37,376 nt of DNA. It comes from a virus. Its lineage: Duplodnaviria; Caudoviricetes. Of the stretch, positions 17,468 to 26,327 are shown in pieces. Both the position numbers and the translations under genes were made by a program. The notes beneath the pieces were generated by a model, which worked only from the letters and a program-made list of their open reading frames with translations, ran no database searches and was not told where the DNA came from. Numbering within the stretch: the stretch's first letter is position 1; the number at the start of each line of letters is the position of its first letter. The stretch lies in IMG/VR virus record IMGVR_UViG_3300037465_000562, positions 1 to 37,376 of that record, one strand, 5' to 3'.

Positions 17468-18490
17468 TCACTGGGCCGGCCAGACAACCTCGAATTTGCT
17501 CTTGGCTGGATACGCGATGCCAAAGCCATTCGAAGTCGCAAGGAGTCGATCCTCGTCATTCGGCTTTGTCTCCAGAACGATCAAGAGACATGCGTGCTCC
17601 TTCGCGCGCTGCCGATAGTCGAGGAGCTGCCCGATTGCGGTTCGGATCGCATATCGGGTGTTTGCACGATCGCAAGGCTTGATCTCCGCGAGGACCGCAC
17701 CCTTGCCGCTGTCTCGATAGCGGAGGTCAATGCTTGCCACATTCGGCCGGAGTTCAGTTGCACCGTTGCTCGTAAGGAAGCGCTCAAATTGGGACTGCAG
17801 CGTGCTGTGCCTCGGGGTGATGCGGACTTCATACGCTTCCACGTATCGCAGATAGGGATCACCGGCTGCACCGGGACTGTTCCGCCCCGGTTTGCCGCCG
17901 CTCGGCCTTTTCCCGCTCGGACCCGGCAATCCGTCCAATAGTTCGCGCGTTCGTTTTACGAACCTGCGGACCTCGGGCGGGCTCTCATCGGACGGCGCCC
18001 ACCACGGCGTGTGCCCCATCCAGCCAGGGCCACGACCCAGGACCAAGGTCCTCTCTTCAAGATCAAGGCGGCGCACGTCCTTCGCCAACGCACGAATGCG
18101 GTAGCTTTCGATCTTGTCCCGCGCATGTTGCCGAGAGGGAGGGTCCGCAAACTCCTGCCGCTCACGGAATATGGTCGCGTCTCGATACCAGCCGACAACC
18201 TTTCGACCACCTTCGTCCGGATCGGTTGCCGTCCAAACCACGTCCCTGCCATCGACGCGGTCCCCGCTTCCGCCGACTGCTTCGATGCGGATTTTTCGGT
18301 CCTTTCTTCCGTGAATAGTTTCTACGTGCCCGTAGACGTAGCCATCGCGGCAAGCCAGGAAATTGCAGACTTCGTTGCCGGTCTCGTTCTCGGTCACCCA
18401 TTTCCCGCCGCCCACGATTCTGTCGGGCTTGCCAGCGAGACCCTCATAGCGGCTCATCCAGCCGATATTGCAGAATAGCATTGCCGCCAC
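17468..18490 (-). CDS. Putative modification-dependent nuclease (uncharacterised N-terminal domain + PD-(D/E)xK)
   Basis: N-terminal LFCNIGWM..Y.G...GGG...E.CNF...VVGWYRDAT domain recalled from McrA-like HNH proteins; C-terminal IDL...AEIK...AIRTAIGQLLDY; GGAGG RBS. Confidence 0.65.
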   Translation of the reverse strand: MAAMLFCNIGWMSRYEGLAGKPDRIVGGGKWVTENETGNEVCNFLACRDGYVYGHVETIHGRKDRKIRIEAVGGSGDRVDGRDVVWTATDPDEGGRKVVGWYRDATIFRERQEFADPPSRQHARDKIESYRIRALAKDVRRLDLEERTLVLGRGPGWMGHTPWWAPSDESPPEVRRFVKRTRELLDGLPGPSGKRPSGGKPGRNSPGAAGDPYLRYVEAYEVRITPRHSTLQSQFERFLTSNGATELRPNVASIDLRYRDSGKGAVLAEIKPCDRANTRYAIRTAIGQLLDYRQRAKEHACLLIVLETKPNDEDRLLATSNGFGIAYPAKSKFEVVWPAQ

Positions 18491-18527
18491 TTGGACCTCC
18501 CGAAGAGCCGGTGCGCTCTTGATTATC

Positions 18528-19001
18528 CTACCTTGGCCAAATCTTCCGTCCGATGCTCTTGAACTTGCTCACCGCAAGAGCGCCGCGCTCGTTCCTTGCC
18601 TTGCTTCCAGGTGCCGCTATGGCGGCTGCAATAGCATCGCGCTTGGCTTGCCAAATGCCAGTGGCGCGAAAATCCATATCCAAGATGACGAGCAGGACGG
18701 AATCCCAAGGGTGCGTGAGCTTGATTGAGCCGAGCCGTTGCGATTTGCGTAGCCCGTTCTCGTTGATGCACCGGGCTTTGATCTGATAGCGATGGCCGTC
18801 AGGATTGATGGCGTCGTAGCCTGCCTCCCGCGCCGCAGACAATTTGAGGCCGAGCAAACGCGCGGCTTCGTACTCGCCTATCTCTCCGGTGATCCCCAGC
18901 GGCTTACCAGTCAGCCGATAATATTCGATAGCCGCCGCTCGGGCGCGTTCGAGCACGGAAGCGATTTCCTCCGGGTCCTGAGTTGGTGTCGTCGAATCCA
19001 T
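18528..19001 (-). CDS. Small PD-(D/E)xK-like nuclease (DUF6998-like)
   Basis: GEIGE...GYDA...YQIK motif; start set at ATG 19001. Confidence 0.65.
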   Translation of the reverse strand: MDSTTPTQDPEEIASVLERARAAAIEYYRLTGKPLGITGEIGEYEAARLLGLKLSAAREAGYDAINPDGHRYQIKARCINENGLRKSQRLGSIKLTHPWDSVLLVILDMDFRATGIWQAKRDAIAAAIAAPGSKARNERGALAVSKFKSIGRKIWPR

Positions 19002-19034
19002 GACACCGCATGGTAGCGGCGAAATGACCACAAA

Positions 19035-19378
19035 TCACGCCGCCGAGGTCGCCACCCCGTCGAGCCGCACGCGCACAATGGTCGCGCCGTTGCCGGCCGC
19101 CTCGATGGCGATGCCGATCGGATAGCGGTCGGTGCCCGGCACGTTGATTTGCTTTGCGGCGTCGTCCCAGGAAACCTTGTCGCCGGCAGCGATGACGGCG
19201 CTTGCAAGCTTCGGACGGTCGAAGACGCCGGTGGTCGCGATGGTCACCGTCTCGCCCGCCGCGGCGTCTTGCTGGCGACGCCGAACAGCGCGCCGATCAC
19301 GACTCCATCACCCGAGGTCACGCCGCCGGCCGGCGCGGCAACGGTGATCATGCGGCCTTCCTGAATGTAGTTTTTCAT
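19035..19378 (-). pseudogene. DUF2190 capsid cement gene with a 1-bp deletion
   Basis: MKNYIQEGRMITVAAP...GALFGVASK then frame shifts near 19265 (AAG AC GCC GCG GCG GGC GAG); 344 bp, not a multiple of 3. Confidence 0.85.
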
Positions 19379-19380
19379 CG

Positions 19381-19593
19381 TCACGTTCCTTTCGATGAGC
19401 TGATGCGAACCTGGCTCACGCGCGGCGCGGACGCCGCGGCGATGCGCCGGTCGAGGTCGGCGAGCGCCGCCGCCATTTCGGCGTCGCTCGCATAGGTGAC
19501 GCGGCGGCCGTCGTATTCGACCGTGCGCACGCCGGCGAAGCGCGCCTTCAAGAGCGCTTCGCGCATGGCTTCGAGTTCGGGCACGCTTGCCAT
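19381..19593 (-). CDS. gpW-like head-tail joining protein
   Basis: 70 aa, GVRTVEYDGRRVTYASDAEMAAALADL; homolog of 2465-2677. Confidence 0.8.
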   Translation of the reverse strand: MASVPELEAMREALLKARFAGVRTVEYDGRRVTYASDAEMAAALADLDRRIAAASAPRVSQVRISSSKGT

Positions 19594-21413
19594 CACGCGC
19601 CTGCGTTGGCGTACCAGCCGCGCCAGTCGATGAAGCCGGCGCCGAAATCGAGGATCACGCGGATTTCGACGCCATCGACGTCCCAGCCGGCCTTGGTCTC
19701 CACCTGCGGGCCTTCGTCGCCGGCGAGATAGGCGTATTCGAGCCCGTCGATCTCGGCCGGATCGGCGGAAACGTACCAGCGCGTCGGGCTGGATAGCCGC
19801 GGTTCGACCACCAGCGACAACGAGCCCGAGAACGGGTTCACGTCGGCGGCCTTCGCCGCGGCGATGGTGGCAAGCCACTTCTCGGCCGCCGTCTCCTGCG
19901 CCGGCGGCACGAGCAAATACTTGGGCGTGGCGCTGATCGGCTGGCCGGAAAGCCCGGTCTGGCTGCGCATGGCAAGCCGTGCGGCCGAAAGCGTATCGTC
20001 GGCAATGGCGCCGCCGGAGGCCGCCTTGTTGCCGTGGTCGGCATGGAACAGCGCCTTGCCGTCGCTCATGGTCGGGCCGTTGCCCGAAGGGCCTTCGAGC
20101 AGATCGACGAGGACTCTCGCTTCGGTTTCGGCCGCGGCCTGCCCCATGCGCCGGGCGAGGTCGGCGAAGGCGCCGAGGTCGTCGTTGACGAGTACCTGCC
20201 GCGTCACGCCGATCTTGCGGGCGAAGGTCTCGACCTTGTAGGCCTCCTTCGCCTCGGCCATGGTGCCGGCGCGAATCTCGCCGTGCTCGTCGAGCTTCTC
20301 CAGCATCGGCGCCTCGCCGAGCATGATCTTGTTCACCGTGCGGAAGTCGCGCGCAGTGGTCTGGCGGCTGAGCCGGCGGACGCCGGCGGGTGCCGCCTGA
20401 TAGGCGGCGCGCAAGGTGCGGCCGATGGTGTCGCCGACGATGAGCGGGAAATCGCTCGTCGTATGCAGCGCCCGCGTGATGATGGTTGCCGGCGACAGCC
20501 CGGTGACGGGATGGCCGCGCAAGACAAGAAGTTCGCGCGCCATCTCGGCGCAGGTCGCATAGGCGTAGCGCCGCGCCGGCTCCGACAGCTGGTGCTGCGG
20601 ATTGATGCGGGCATAGAGCGCCTCGCCCATGTGCCGCGCGCGCACGGCCGGATCGTCCTGGCTGTCGCCGACTTCGACGCGCACCTGTTCGGTGCGGATG
20701 GTGCCGCCGCCGCGCGCCGCGAGCGCTGCGAAGGCGGCACGGCGGGCTTCGTCGGCGGTCGCCCCATTGTCGATCAACCCGTCGGCGAACTCGCTGCCGA
20801 GCCCGGCAATGCGGGCGATGGAGCGGATTTCGGCGTTGATCGCCGCGCGCGTCTCGATCGGGTCGAGCGGCGGGGTTGCCGGCTCGTTCGCCGGCGCGTT
20901 GTCGGTCTCGGGCATGGTGCCTCCTTGGCGGATGGTGGCGCCGGGATCGGCCGGCGTCGGGACGAGGGAGATTTCGATGGGCGTCCAGGCGATGGCGGTG
21001 CGGATGCGCTCGCCGGTTGCCGGATCGGTGTCGTCGCGCCAGCGCTCGACCGTGTAGCCGACCGAGACATGGCGCAGGATGCCGGCCAGCACGTCCTGCC
21101 AGATCGGCTCGACCTCGGGCCGGGCCGAGAATTGCAGGACGGCGGTGCCCTGCCGGCCATCGACGCGGGCGTCGCGCACCGTGCCGAGCACGTCACGCAC
21201 GGCCGACTGGCGGTGGGCGTCGAGCACCGATGCGCCGGTCAGGCGCGACAGGTCCACGGCGGAAGGATCAAGCGAGAGGCGTTCGAGATAGGCGCCGGCC
21301 GCATCGCGCCGGCGCACCGCGGCGCCGGTGGTCCACACCGCCTCGACGGTGCGCGCCTCTGCATCGGCGCTCTGCGGCGCGAGGGTGGCGCGGCGGACGA
21401 AAAGCTCAGGCAT
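19593..21413 (-). CDS. Fused prohead protease / major capsid protein
   Basis: Collinear homolog of 2677-4497, also 606 aa; start MPELF overlaps portal stop. Confidence 0.9.
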   Translation of the reverse strand: MPELFVRRATLAPQSADAEARTVEAVWTTGAAVRRRDAAGAYLERLSLDPSAVDLSRLTGASVLDAHRQSAVRDVLGTVRDARVDGRQGTAVLQFSARPEVEPIWQDVLAGILRHVSVGYTVERWRDDTDPATGERIRTAIAWTPIEISLVPTPADPGATIRQGGTMPETDNAPANEPATPPLDPIETRAAINAEIRSIARIAGLGSEFADGLIDNGATADEARRAAFAALAARGGGTIRTEQVRVEVGDSQDDPAVRARHMGEALYARINPQHQLSEPARRYAYATCAEMARELLVLRGHPVTGLSPATIITRALHTTSDFPLIVGDTIGRTLRAAYQAAPAGVRRLSRQTTARDFRTVNKIMLGEAPMLEKLDEHGEIRAGTMAEAKEAYKVETFARKIGVTRQVLVNDDLGAFADLARRMGQAAAETEARVLVDLLEGPSGNGPTMSDGKALFHADHGNKAASGGAIADDTLSAARLAMRSQTGLSGQPISATPKYLLVPPAQETAAEKWLATIAAAKAADVNPFSGSLSLVVEPRLSSPTRWYVSADPAEIDGLEYAYLAGDEGPQVETKAGWDVDGVEIRVILDFGAGFIDWRGWYANAGA

Positions 21414-22821
21414 CGGCCGTCTCCTTCGCCTGCGCAGGAACCACTTGGTCGAAGGAAAGCCCGAGGCGCTGTTCGCGGGCGCGGTCGGCGGCGATCGCCG
21501 CGTCCACTTCCTCGATATCGTAGCCGCGCTCGGCGATCGACTGGCTGCGGCTCTTGAGCCCCGAGCGGATTTGCTCGATCTCGGCGCGCGCATCTTTCAG
21601 CGGATCGACCCAATCCCATTTCGGCGGGAGCCATTCGGCCGCAAGGAAGGCGGCCGGATCGCGATCGAAGCCGCGCGCGTCGATCGCGCCCGAGAGCGCG
21701 GCAAGCCGCACGAAGCGCTCCCACACCGGCCGGCAGAACTGGAAGACGATCACCGAATATTGCAGCTGCTCGATGCGGCGGCGGAACTCGAGGAGGCCGG
21801 CGCGGATCGAGGAATAGGTGACGCCTTCGAGGTCGCCGGACACGAGCTCGTAGGGCACGCCGAGGCCCGCGGCGACGGCGCGGAGATGGTTCTTGACGAA
21901 GGCGCCGTAGTCGCCGGGATCGGCCGGATCGGAGAACTGGATATCGGCGCCGGGCGGCAGCGGAATGAGGCTTCCGGGCTCCATGCCGACGTTGAGCACG
22001 CCGTTGACCGCGCCGCCGGCATTGAGGCCGGCGACCGTCCCGTCCGGGTCGCGGATGAAGCCGGTGAAGAGCGCCGCCACCTTGGCCTTCACCAGTGCGG
22101 CGTCCTCGTATTGGTCGAGTTCGTGCAGGCGAAGCAGGATCGGCGCGAGCAAAGTGAGCCCGCGCAGCTGCCCGGGCGCGAGCGGCTGGAAGAGATGCAG
22201 CATGTCGGCGGCGGGCACGCGCACGGTATCGAGCGCCATCGGCGCGAGCGCATCGCCCGGGCGATGGCCGTAGCAATGATAGGCGGCGCGCCGGCCGGCG
22301 GCGTCGAACTCGATGCCGGCGCGAATACGGGCGCCGGCACCGACTTCCCGATGCAGATCGGTCGGCACCTGCTCGCGGTCGAGGATATCGATCGCGAGCG
22401 GCGGGCCGTCGTCGGCATCCGCGAAGCGCAACCGCGCGAAGCTCTCGCCGCTTTCGACCATCGTCCGCAGCGCGAGCGCTTGGAGCCCGTAGAAATCAGT
22501 GAGGCCCGCCGCGTCGGCGCGGTCCGTCCAACGATTCCAAAGCGCGTGCAGGCGGTCGCGCACGGCGGGATCGGGATGCATCGAGCGCGGCTTGACGCCG
22601 GAACCGATGGCGTTTGCCACAAGGCCCTGGACGGCGGAGGCGACCCAGGGATTGTTGCGGGCGTACCAGGCGGCGCGCCGCGCAGCGGCGGTGGCGCCTG
22701 CGAGGATCGAGGCGTTCAGCGCCTCGATGCCCTTGGCGCCCTCCCAGCGCCGGCCGCCGCCGGCTGCGTCAAACGCGCGGCGGCGGGCAAGCCCGAGGAA
22801 CGAGGCGAGGCGCGACCACAT
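21406..22821 (-). CDS. Lambda-family portal protein
   Basis: 471-aa homolog of 4490-5905 with the same motifs. Confidence 0.92.
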   Translation of the reverse strand: MWSRLASFLGLARRRAFDAAGGGRRWEGAKGIEALNASILAGATAAARRAAWYARNNPWVASAVQGLVANAIGSGVKPRSMHPDPAVRDRLHALWNRWTDRADAAGLTDFYGLQALALRTMVESGESFARLRFADADDGPPLAIDILDREQVPTDLHREVGAGARIRAGIEFDAAGRRAAYHCYGHRPGDALAPMALDTVRVPAADMLHLFQPLAPGQLRGLTLLAPILLRLHELDQYEDAALVKAKVAALFTGFIRDPDGTVAGLNAGGAVNGVLNVGMEPGSLIPLPPGADIQFSDPADPGDYGAFVKNHLRAVAAGLGVPYELVSGDLEGVTYSSIRAGLLEFRRRIEQLQYSVIVFQFCRPVWERFVRLAALSGAIDARGFDRDPAAFLAAEWLPPKWDWVDPLKDARAEIEQIRSGLKSRSQSIAERGYDIEEVDAAIAADRAREQRLGLSFDQVVPAQAKETADA

Positions 22822-22897
22822 GCCCGCAAGGATGGGGCGGGCGCGAGCGAAGGGCTATTCGGGCCAGTTCGGAATGTTTGGGAGCGAAGTGCCAGCA

Positions 22898-25621
22898 TCA
22901 GCGGCTACCGTTGTCGTCATCGACCGGTTCGCCATTTAACTCTGGCAATTCCTCCGTACCGCGTCCATCAATTATATCGCTGAAGCGAAGCAGCTCATCA
23001 TGAAGCAAAGCGGCTGCACGCCTCTGATTCAGCCGCGCCCCTTGAATGCCCGCAATCAGTCGCTTTTGTTCCTCCCGATCCGGCGGAAAGCAGATTTCGA
23101 GGGCTTCAAAGTCTTCTCGCTGCGTGCGCCGGCGATTGCTGTGCCCGGTCGTGATTGCTCGAAATGCTCGCTGATAGTACCTGCTCCGAAGCAGGCACGA
23201 CACGAACTCCGGGTCGAGACGGTTATCGACAACTTCGTAGATCGGAAATTCCTTTGTTACGAGCGCCCCATCAAATTCCGACGGCACTACCGCGATGCAC
23301 CCCTTCCAAAGGTCTATCGAAGAAAAAACCACATCCTGCGCTTTGGCTGCGAACCATTGAGACGGACTATCCTCGAAATACATGCCGAGCCATTCCGGTG
23401 GGTTCCTACCTTTTCCGGCTTCGCGAGGTCGTATCTCGCCGTTCTGCCCGATTGTCATCACGGCGACCGGCTGGTCCGGTGTAGCTGCCGGATCGATCTG
23501 ATCCTCGCGCCTGCGCATGACTTCACTTAACGGCAAACGAACCCAGCCATCCGGGGTAATCGTCCGCTCCTCTCGTTTGAACAGGAAATATTTCGGGTCC
23601 AGTCGGTCACTCGCGTGCGCGTTCCACAACTCATGGAACGGCACCGCCATGCAATCCGGCTGTGTCGAGCCGGAATATGCCTTGGGCTCGGCGTTGAACC
23701 GGCGGTATTCACCAAGAATAGTGTTCGCTTGATCGTCTGATAGCCGGCCGCCGGCTTCGCCACGATAGAGATCGTTTCGGTTGGAGGGCGCGCCGGTGGG
23801 GGCGTATCCGACATGGTTTGCCTCCGCGAGAAACGTGTGGTGATCCATGACCCTCCATGCTGCGGCGATAGCGTCCGATTCCTCTTGCCCTTCGTTTTGC
23901 GCTGCTTCGAATGCGCTCGCAAAACGTCGTGCCTCGGCATCTGTGAATTTTCGGAAGAAGAGGATCGAGGTCTTGTTTTGGGCGCCCGATTTGCGGAACG
24001 CATAGTCCGGCAACGAGACGATCGCCTCAATGAACCCGTTCTCAGCCAAGTACCTGCGGACGCGCGGACAATTGGAAATTTCTCCCTGGTTATTGAAAAG
24101 CCCGTCTGGTAGCACGAGGCCCAAGCGGCCGCCACCATCGAGGAACTTGATCGATCGCTCAAGGATGACGTGCTCCGAATCGACAGCATCACGACCCTTG
24201 GCAACATCGAAACTGGCCAACGTATTCGACCCAAGATGGTCTTCATCGCCTTCGGGAACTTCATCACCAAATGGTGGATTTCCGACCACGCGGTGAAAAC
24301 GCCCCCGTGGCTCCGCTAAGCGTGGCTTGGTGAATGTACTATCGAGGCACGAACGATCGCCCTCGATGTTTGTGTGACCGTCATGATGAAGCAAGAGGTT
24401 TATCTTGCAAATCCGCGCCAGAATTTCGTGAATTTCAATTCCGTAGACCTTAGTCAGAGCAAAGTCGGTCTTAATCCGATCAATGTGGTCCTGGCGCTGT
24501 CCTCGGAAGTCTCGATCCACGGCGTGCCATACTTGCAGAAGCACTTCCAGCAGGAATCCCCCACTACCTGCGGTCGGATCGAGCACGAAATGGTTGTGGT
24601 TGATGTCGAGCATCGCGACCGTGAACCGGGCGAGTTGCCGCATGGTGAAGTATTGGCCGAGCTCGCCGCGAAATACGGACCCAAAGAAGCTTTCAAATGC
24701 GACGCCGATGTGATCGACGTCGGTGCCCGTGAAGCTGATTGACTGAAGCGCCGAAACAACCTCAAAGATCTTCCGATCCGGCAGATTTATGCGGATGCCA
24801 TCGCGGAAGATGGTTGGGTCTTCCTCGCATGCATCGGCAAATAGCTGATGGATTCGGTTTGAGACAGACGCAGTAGTTTCGTTCGAGCCAACTTGAAACC
24901 TGCGAGGCTGGCCGGTGGGCGTCGTGCGCTCGTCGATAACCTTCGCGAAGAGAAGCTTGCTCCATTCATCGAATGCCGTCAGGGGATCGCGCTTGCCGCC
25001 CGACCAAATGATCGAGTGTGCCCGCCGAATGCGACCCTCGATGAAGCTTGGTTTGGCCGGAGCGATATCGCCGTCCTGCCCCGCGATGTGCGGGAACTCC
25101 GGAACATCGCCGTATTGTGCCGGGATTGCGTCTCGGCCGCCCCGGAGGTTCTCAACTCGCTCGCCAGGCGGATAATTCGCAACGTCATAGAACCGGGACT
25201 CGACGTGCTCGTCATAGAGGACAAGGGGAGCGCGCAGAGAATTTGCGTTTCCAAAGGCCTGCTCGATCCATTGCTTGCGGGCCGCAGCGGTTTGACCGAT
25301 AGATTTGTTTTCGACGACCAAATAAGGATCGCGGCACCTGTCATCCCGATAAACGACGATGTCGGCAAAATCGCTGGGCGTACGACGCGGTACTTGGACC
25401 TCGGTCCGTATGCGGTTGATGGGATATCCGCGCGCGACAATAAGAAATGCAACTGTTCTCGCGCGCACCCACTCTTCCGGGTCAGCCCAGTTGTAGGTTT
25501 TCTTTGTACCGAGATTATAGGTGATCCGGTCACCCTTGATTTCTATCAACCCGCGCTTGATGGCCTCGGCAACATGCGAGTCATTGAGAGCGTCGGTCTG
25601 GGTGTCGCTTCTTGGTGGCAT
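22898..25621 (-). CDS. Single-chain restriction-modification enzyme (HsdR_N-like nuclease + N6-adenine MTase + TRD), Type IIG-like
   Basis: PEEWVR...ADIVVY...VVENK nuclease; GQYFT, VLDPTAGSGGFL, VGNPPF gamma-class MTase; C-terminal S-subunit-like region; lower GC. Confidence 0.88.
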   Translation of the reverse strand: MPPRSDTQTDALNDSHVAEAIKRGLIEIKGDRITYNLGTKKTYNWADPEEWVRARTVAFLIVARGYPINRIRTEVQVPRRTPSDFADIVVYRDDRCRDPYLVVENKSIGQTAAARKQWIEQAFGNANSLRAPLVLYDEHVESRFYDVANYPPGERVENLRGGRDAIPAQYGDVPEFPHIAGQDGDIAPAKPSFIEGRIRRAHSIIWSGGKRDPLTAFDEWSKLLFAKVIDERTTPTGQPRRFQVGSNETTASVSNRIHQLFADACEEDPTIFRDGIRINLPDRKIFEVVSALQSISFTGTDVDHIGVAFESFFGSVFRGELGQYFTMRQLARFTVAMLDINHNHFVLDPTAGSGGFLLEVLLQVWHAVDRDFRGQRQDHIDRIKTDFALTKVYGIEIHEILARICKINLLLHHDGHTNIEGDRSCLDSTFTKPRLAEPRGRFHRVVGNPPFGDEVPEGDEDHLGSNTLASFDVAKGRDAVDSEHVILERSIKFLDGGGRLGLVLPDGLFNNQGEISNCPRVRRYLAENGFIEAIVSLPDYAFRKSGAQNKTSILFFRKFTDAEARRFASAFEAAQNEGQEESDAIAAAWRVMDHHTFLAEANHVGYAPTGAPSNRNDLYRGEAGGRLSDDQANTILGEYRRFNAEPKAYSGSTQPDCMAVPFHELWNAHASDRLDPKYFLFKREERTITPDGWVRLPLSEVMRRREDQIDPAATPDQPVAVMTIGQNGEIRPREAGKGRNPPEWLGMYFEDSPSQWFAAKAQDVVFSSIDLWKGCIAVVPSEFDGALVTKEFPIYEVVDNRLDPEFVSCLLRSRYYQRAFRAITTGHSNRRRTQREDFEALEICFPPDREEQKRLIAGIQGARLNQRRAAALLHDELLRFSDIIDGRGTEELPELNGEPVDDDNGSR

Positions 25622-25989
25622 TACTCATTTCCAATTTCGTGCGCCGAGCTGACATGCCTCCTCGGCTCCATGCGATCATGCAGCACGCGCACGATCTCGA
25701 CGAGGCCCGGCCGCACCGCGCGATAGAAGATCACATGCACCGGGTTCCCCACCGGCGCCTCGCGACTCTCGTCGCGGCTGTGGCGGATGTGGAAACTGCG
25801 AATGCCGGGGCGCAGCTCGCTGCGGTCCGAAGTCGAGCGCCCCTGCGGGTCCTCGGCGACGCGGCGCATCGCGGCAAGCAGCAGCGCGGCGTAGCGGATA
25901 CGCGCCTCGCGCCCATGCCGTTCCTCGCTCGTGCGCAAGAGGGAATCGATATCGCGTCTTGCCGACCTAGTGAGCCGGTAGCGCGCCAT
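25621..25989 (-). CDS. parE: ParE/RelE-family toxin
   Basis: YRLTRSARRDI...G...Y...GIRSF...HVIFYR...VEIVRVLHDRM. Confidence 0.9.
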   Translation of the reverse strand: MARYRLTRSARRDIDSLLRTSEERHGREARIRYAALLLAAMRRVAEDPQGRSTSDRSELRPGIRSFHIRHSRDESREAPVGNPVHVIFYRAVRPGLVEIVRVLHDRMEPRRHVSSAHEIGNE

Positions 25990-25995
25990 GGAGGA

Positions 25996-26262
25996 TCAGC
26001 GCGCTTCGACAAGGCGATCGAGCCAGGCTTCAAGGTCGGCGTCATCGACCTCCTCGTAGTCGCCGCGTTCGAGGTCGGCGAGCCCGGCATCGATGCTGCG
26101 GCGCAGGCGTTCGAGCTTGAGCGCGTCGATCGCGCGCCGCTGTTGCAGCGCGCGGATCGCGTCGCGCAGCGCCTCGCTGGCGTTCGCGTATTCGCCCTTC
26201 TTGAGCATGTCGTCGATGAAGGCGTCCTGCTCGGGCGTGAGGTTGATATTGCGGGTCGGCAT
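25996..26262 (-). CDS. parD: ParD-family RHH antitoxin
   Basis: MPTRNINLTPEQDAFIDDMLKKGEYANASEALRDAIRAL; true start 26262 inside longer track ORFs. Confidence 0.9.
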   Translation of the reverse strand: MPTRNINLTPEQDAFIDDMLKKGEYANASEALRDAIRALQQRRAIDALKLERLRRSIDAGLADLERGDYEEVDDADLEAWLDRLVEAR

Positions 26263-26300
26263 CGGTCCAATCTCTCTGATTCCCCTGAAAGATAGCGATT

Positions 26301-26317
26301 TTGGCAACAGTTGCCAA
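26301..26317. promoter_or_regulatory. Palindromic operator upstream of parDE
   Basis: TTGGCAAC-A-GTTGCCAA perfect palindrome about 40 bp upstream of parD. Confidence 0.65.
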
Positions 26318-26327
26318 TGCGCAGATT

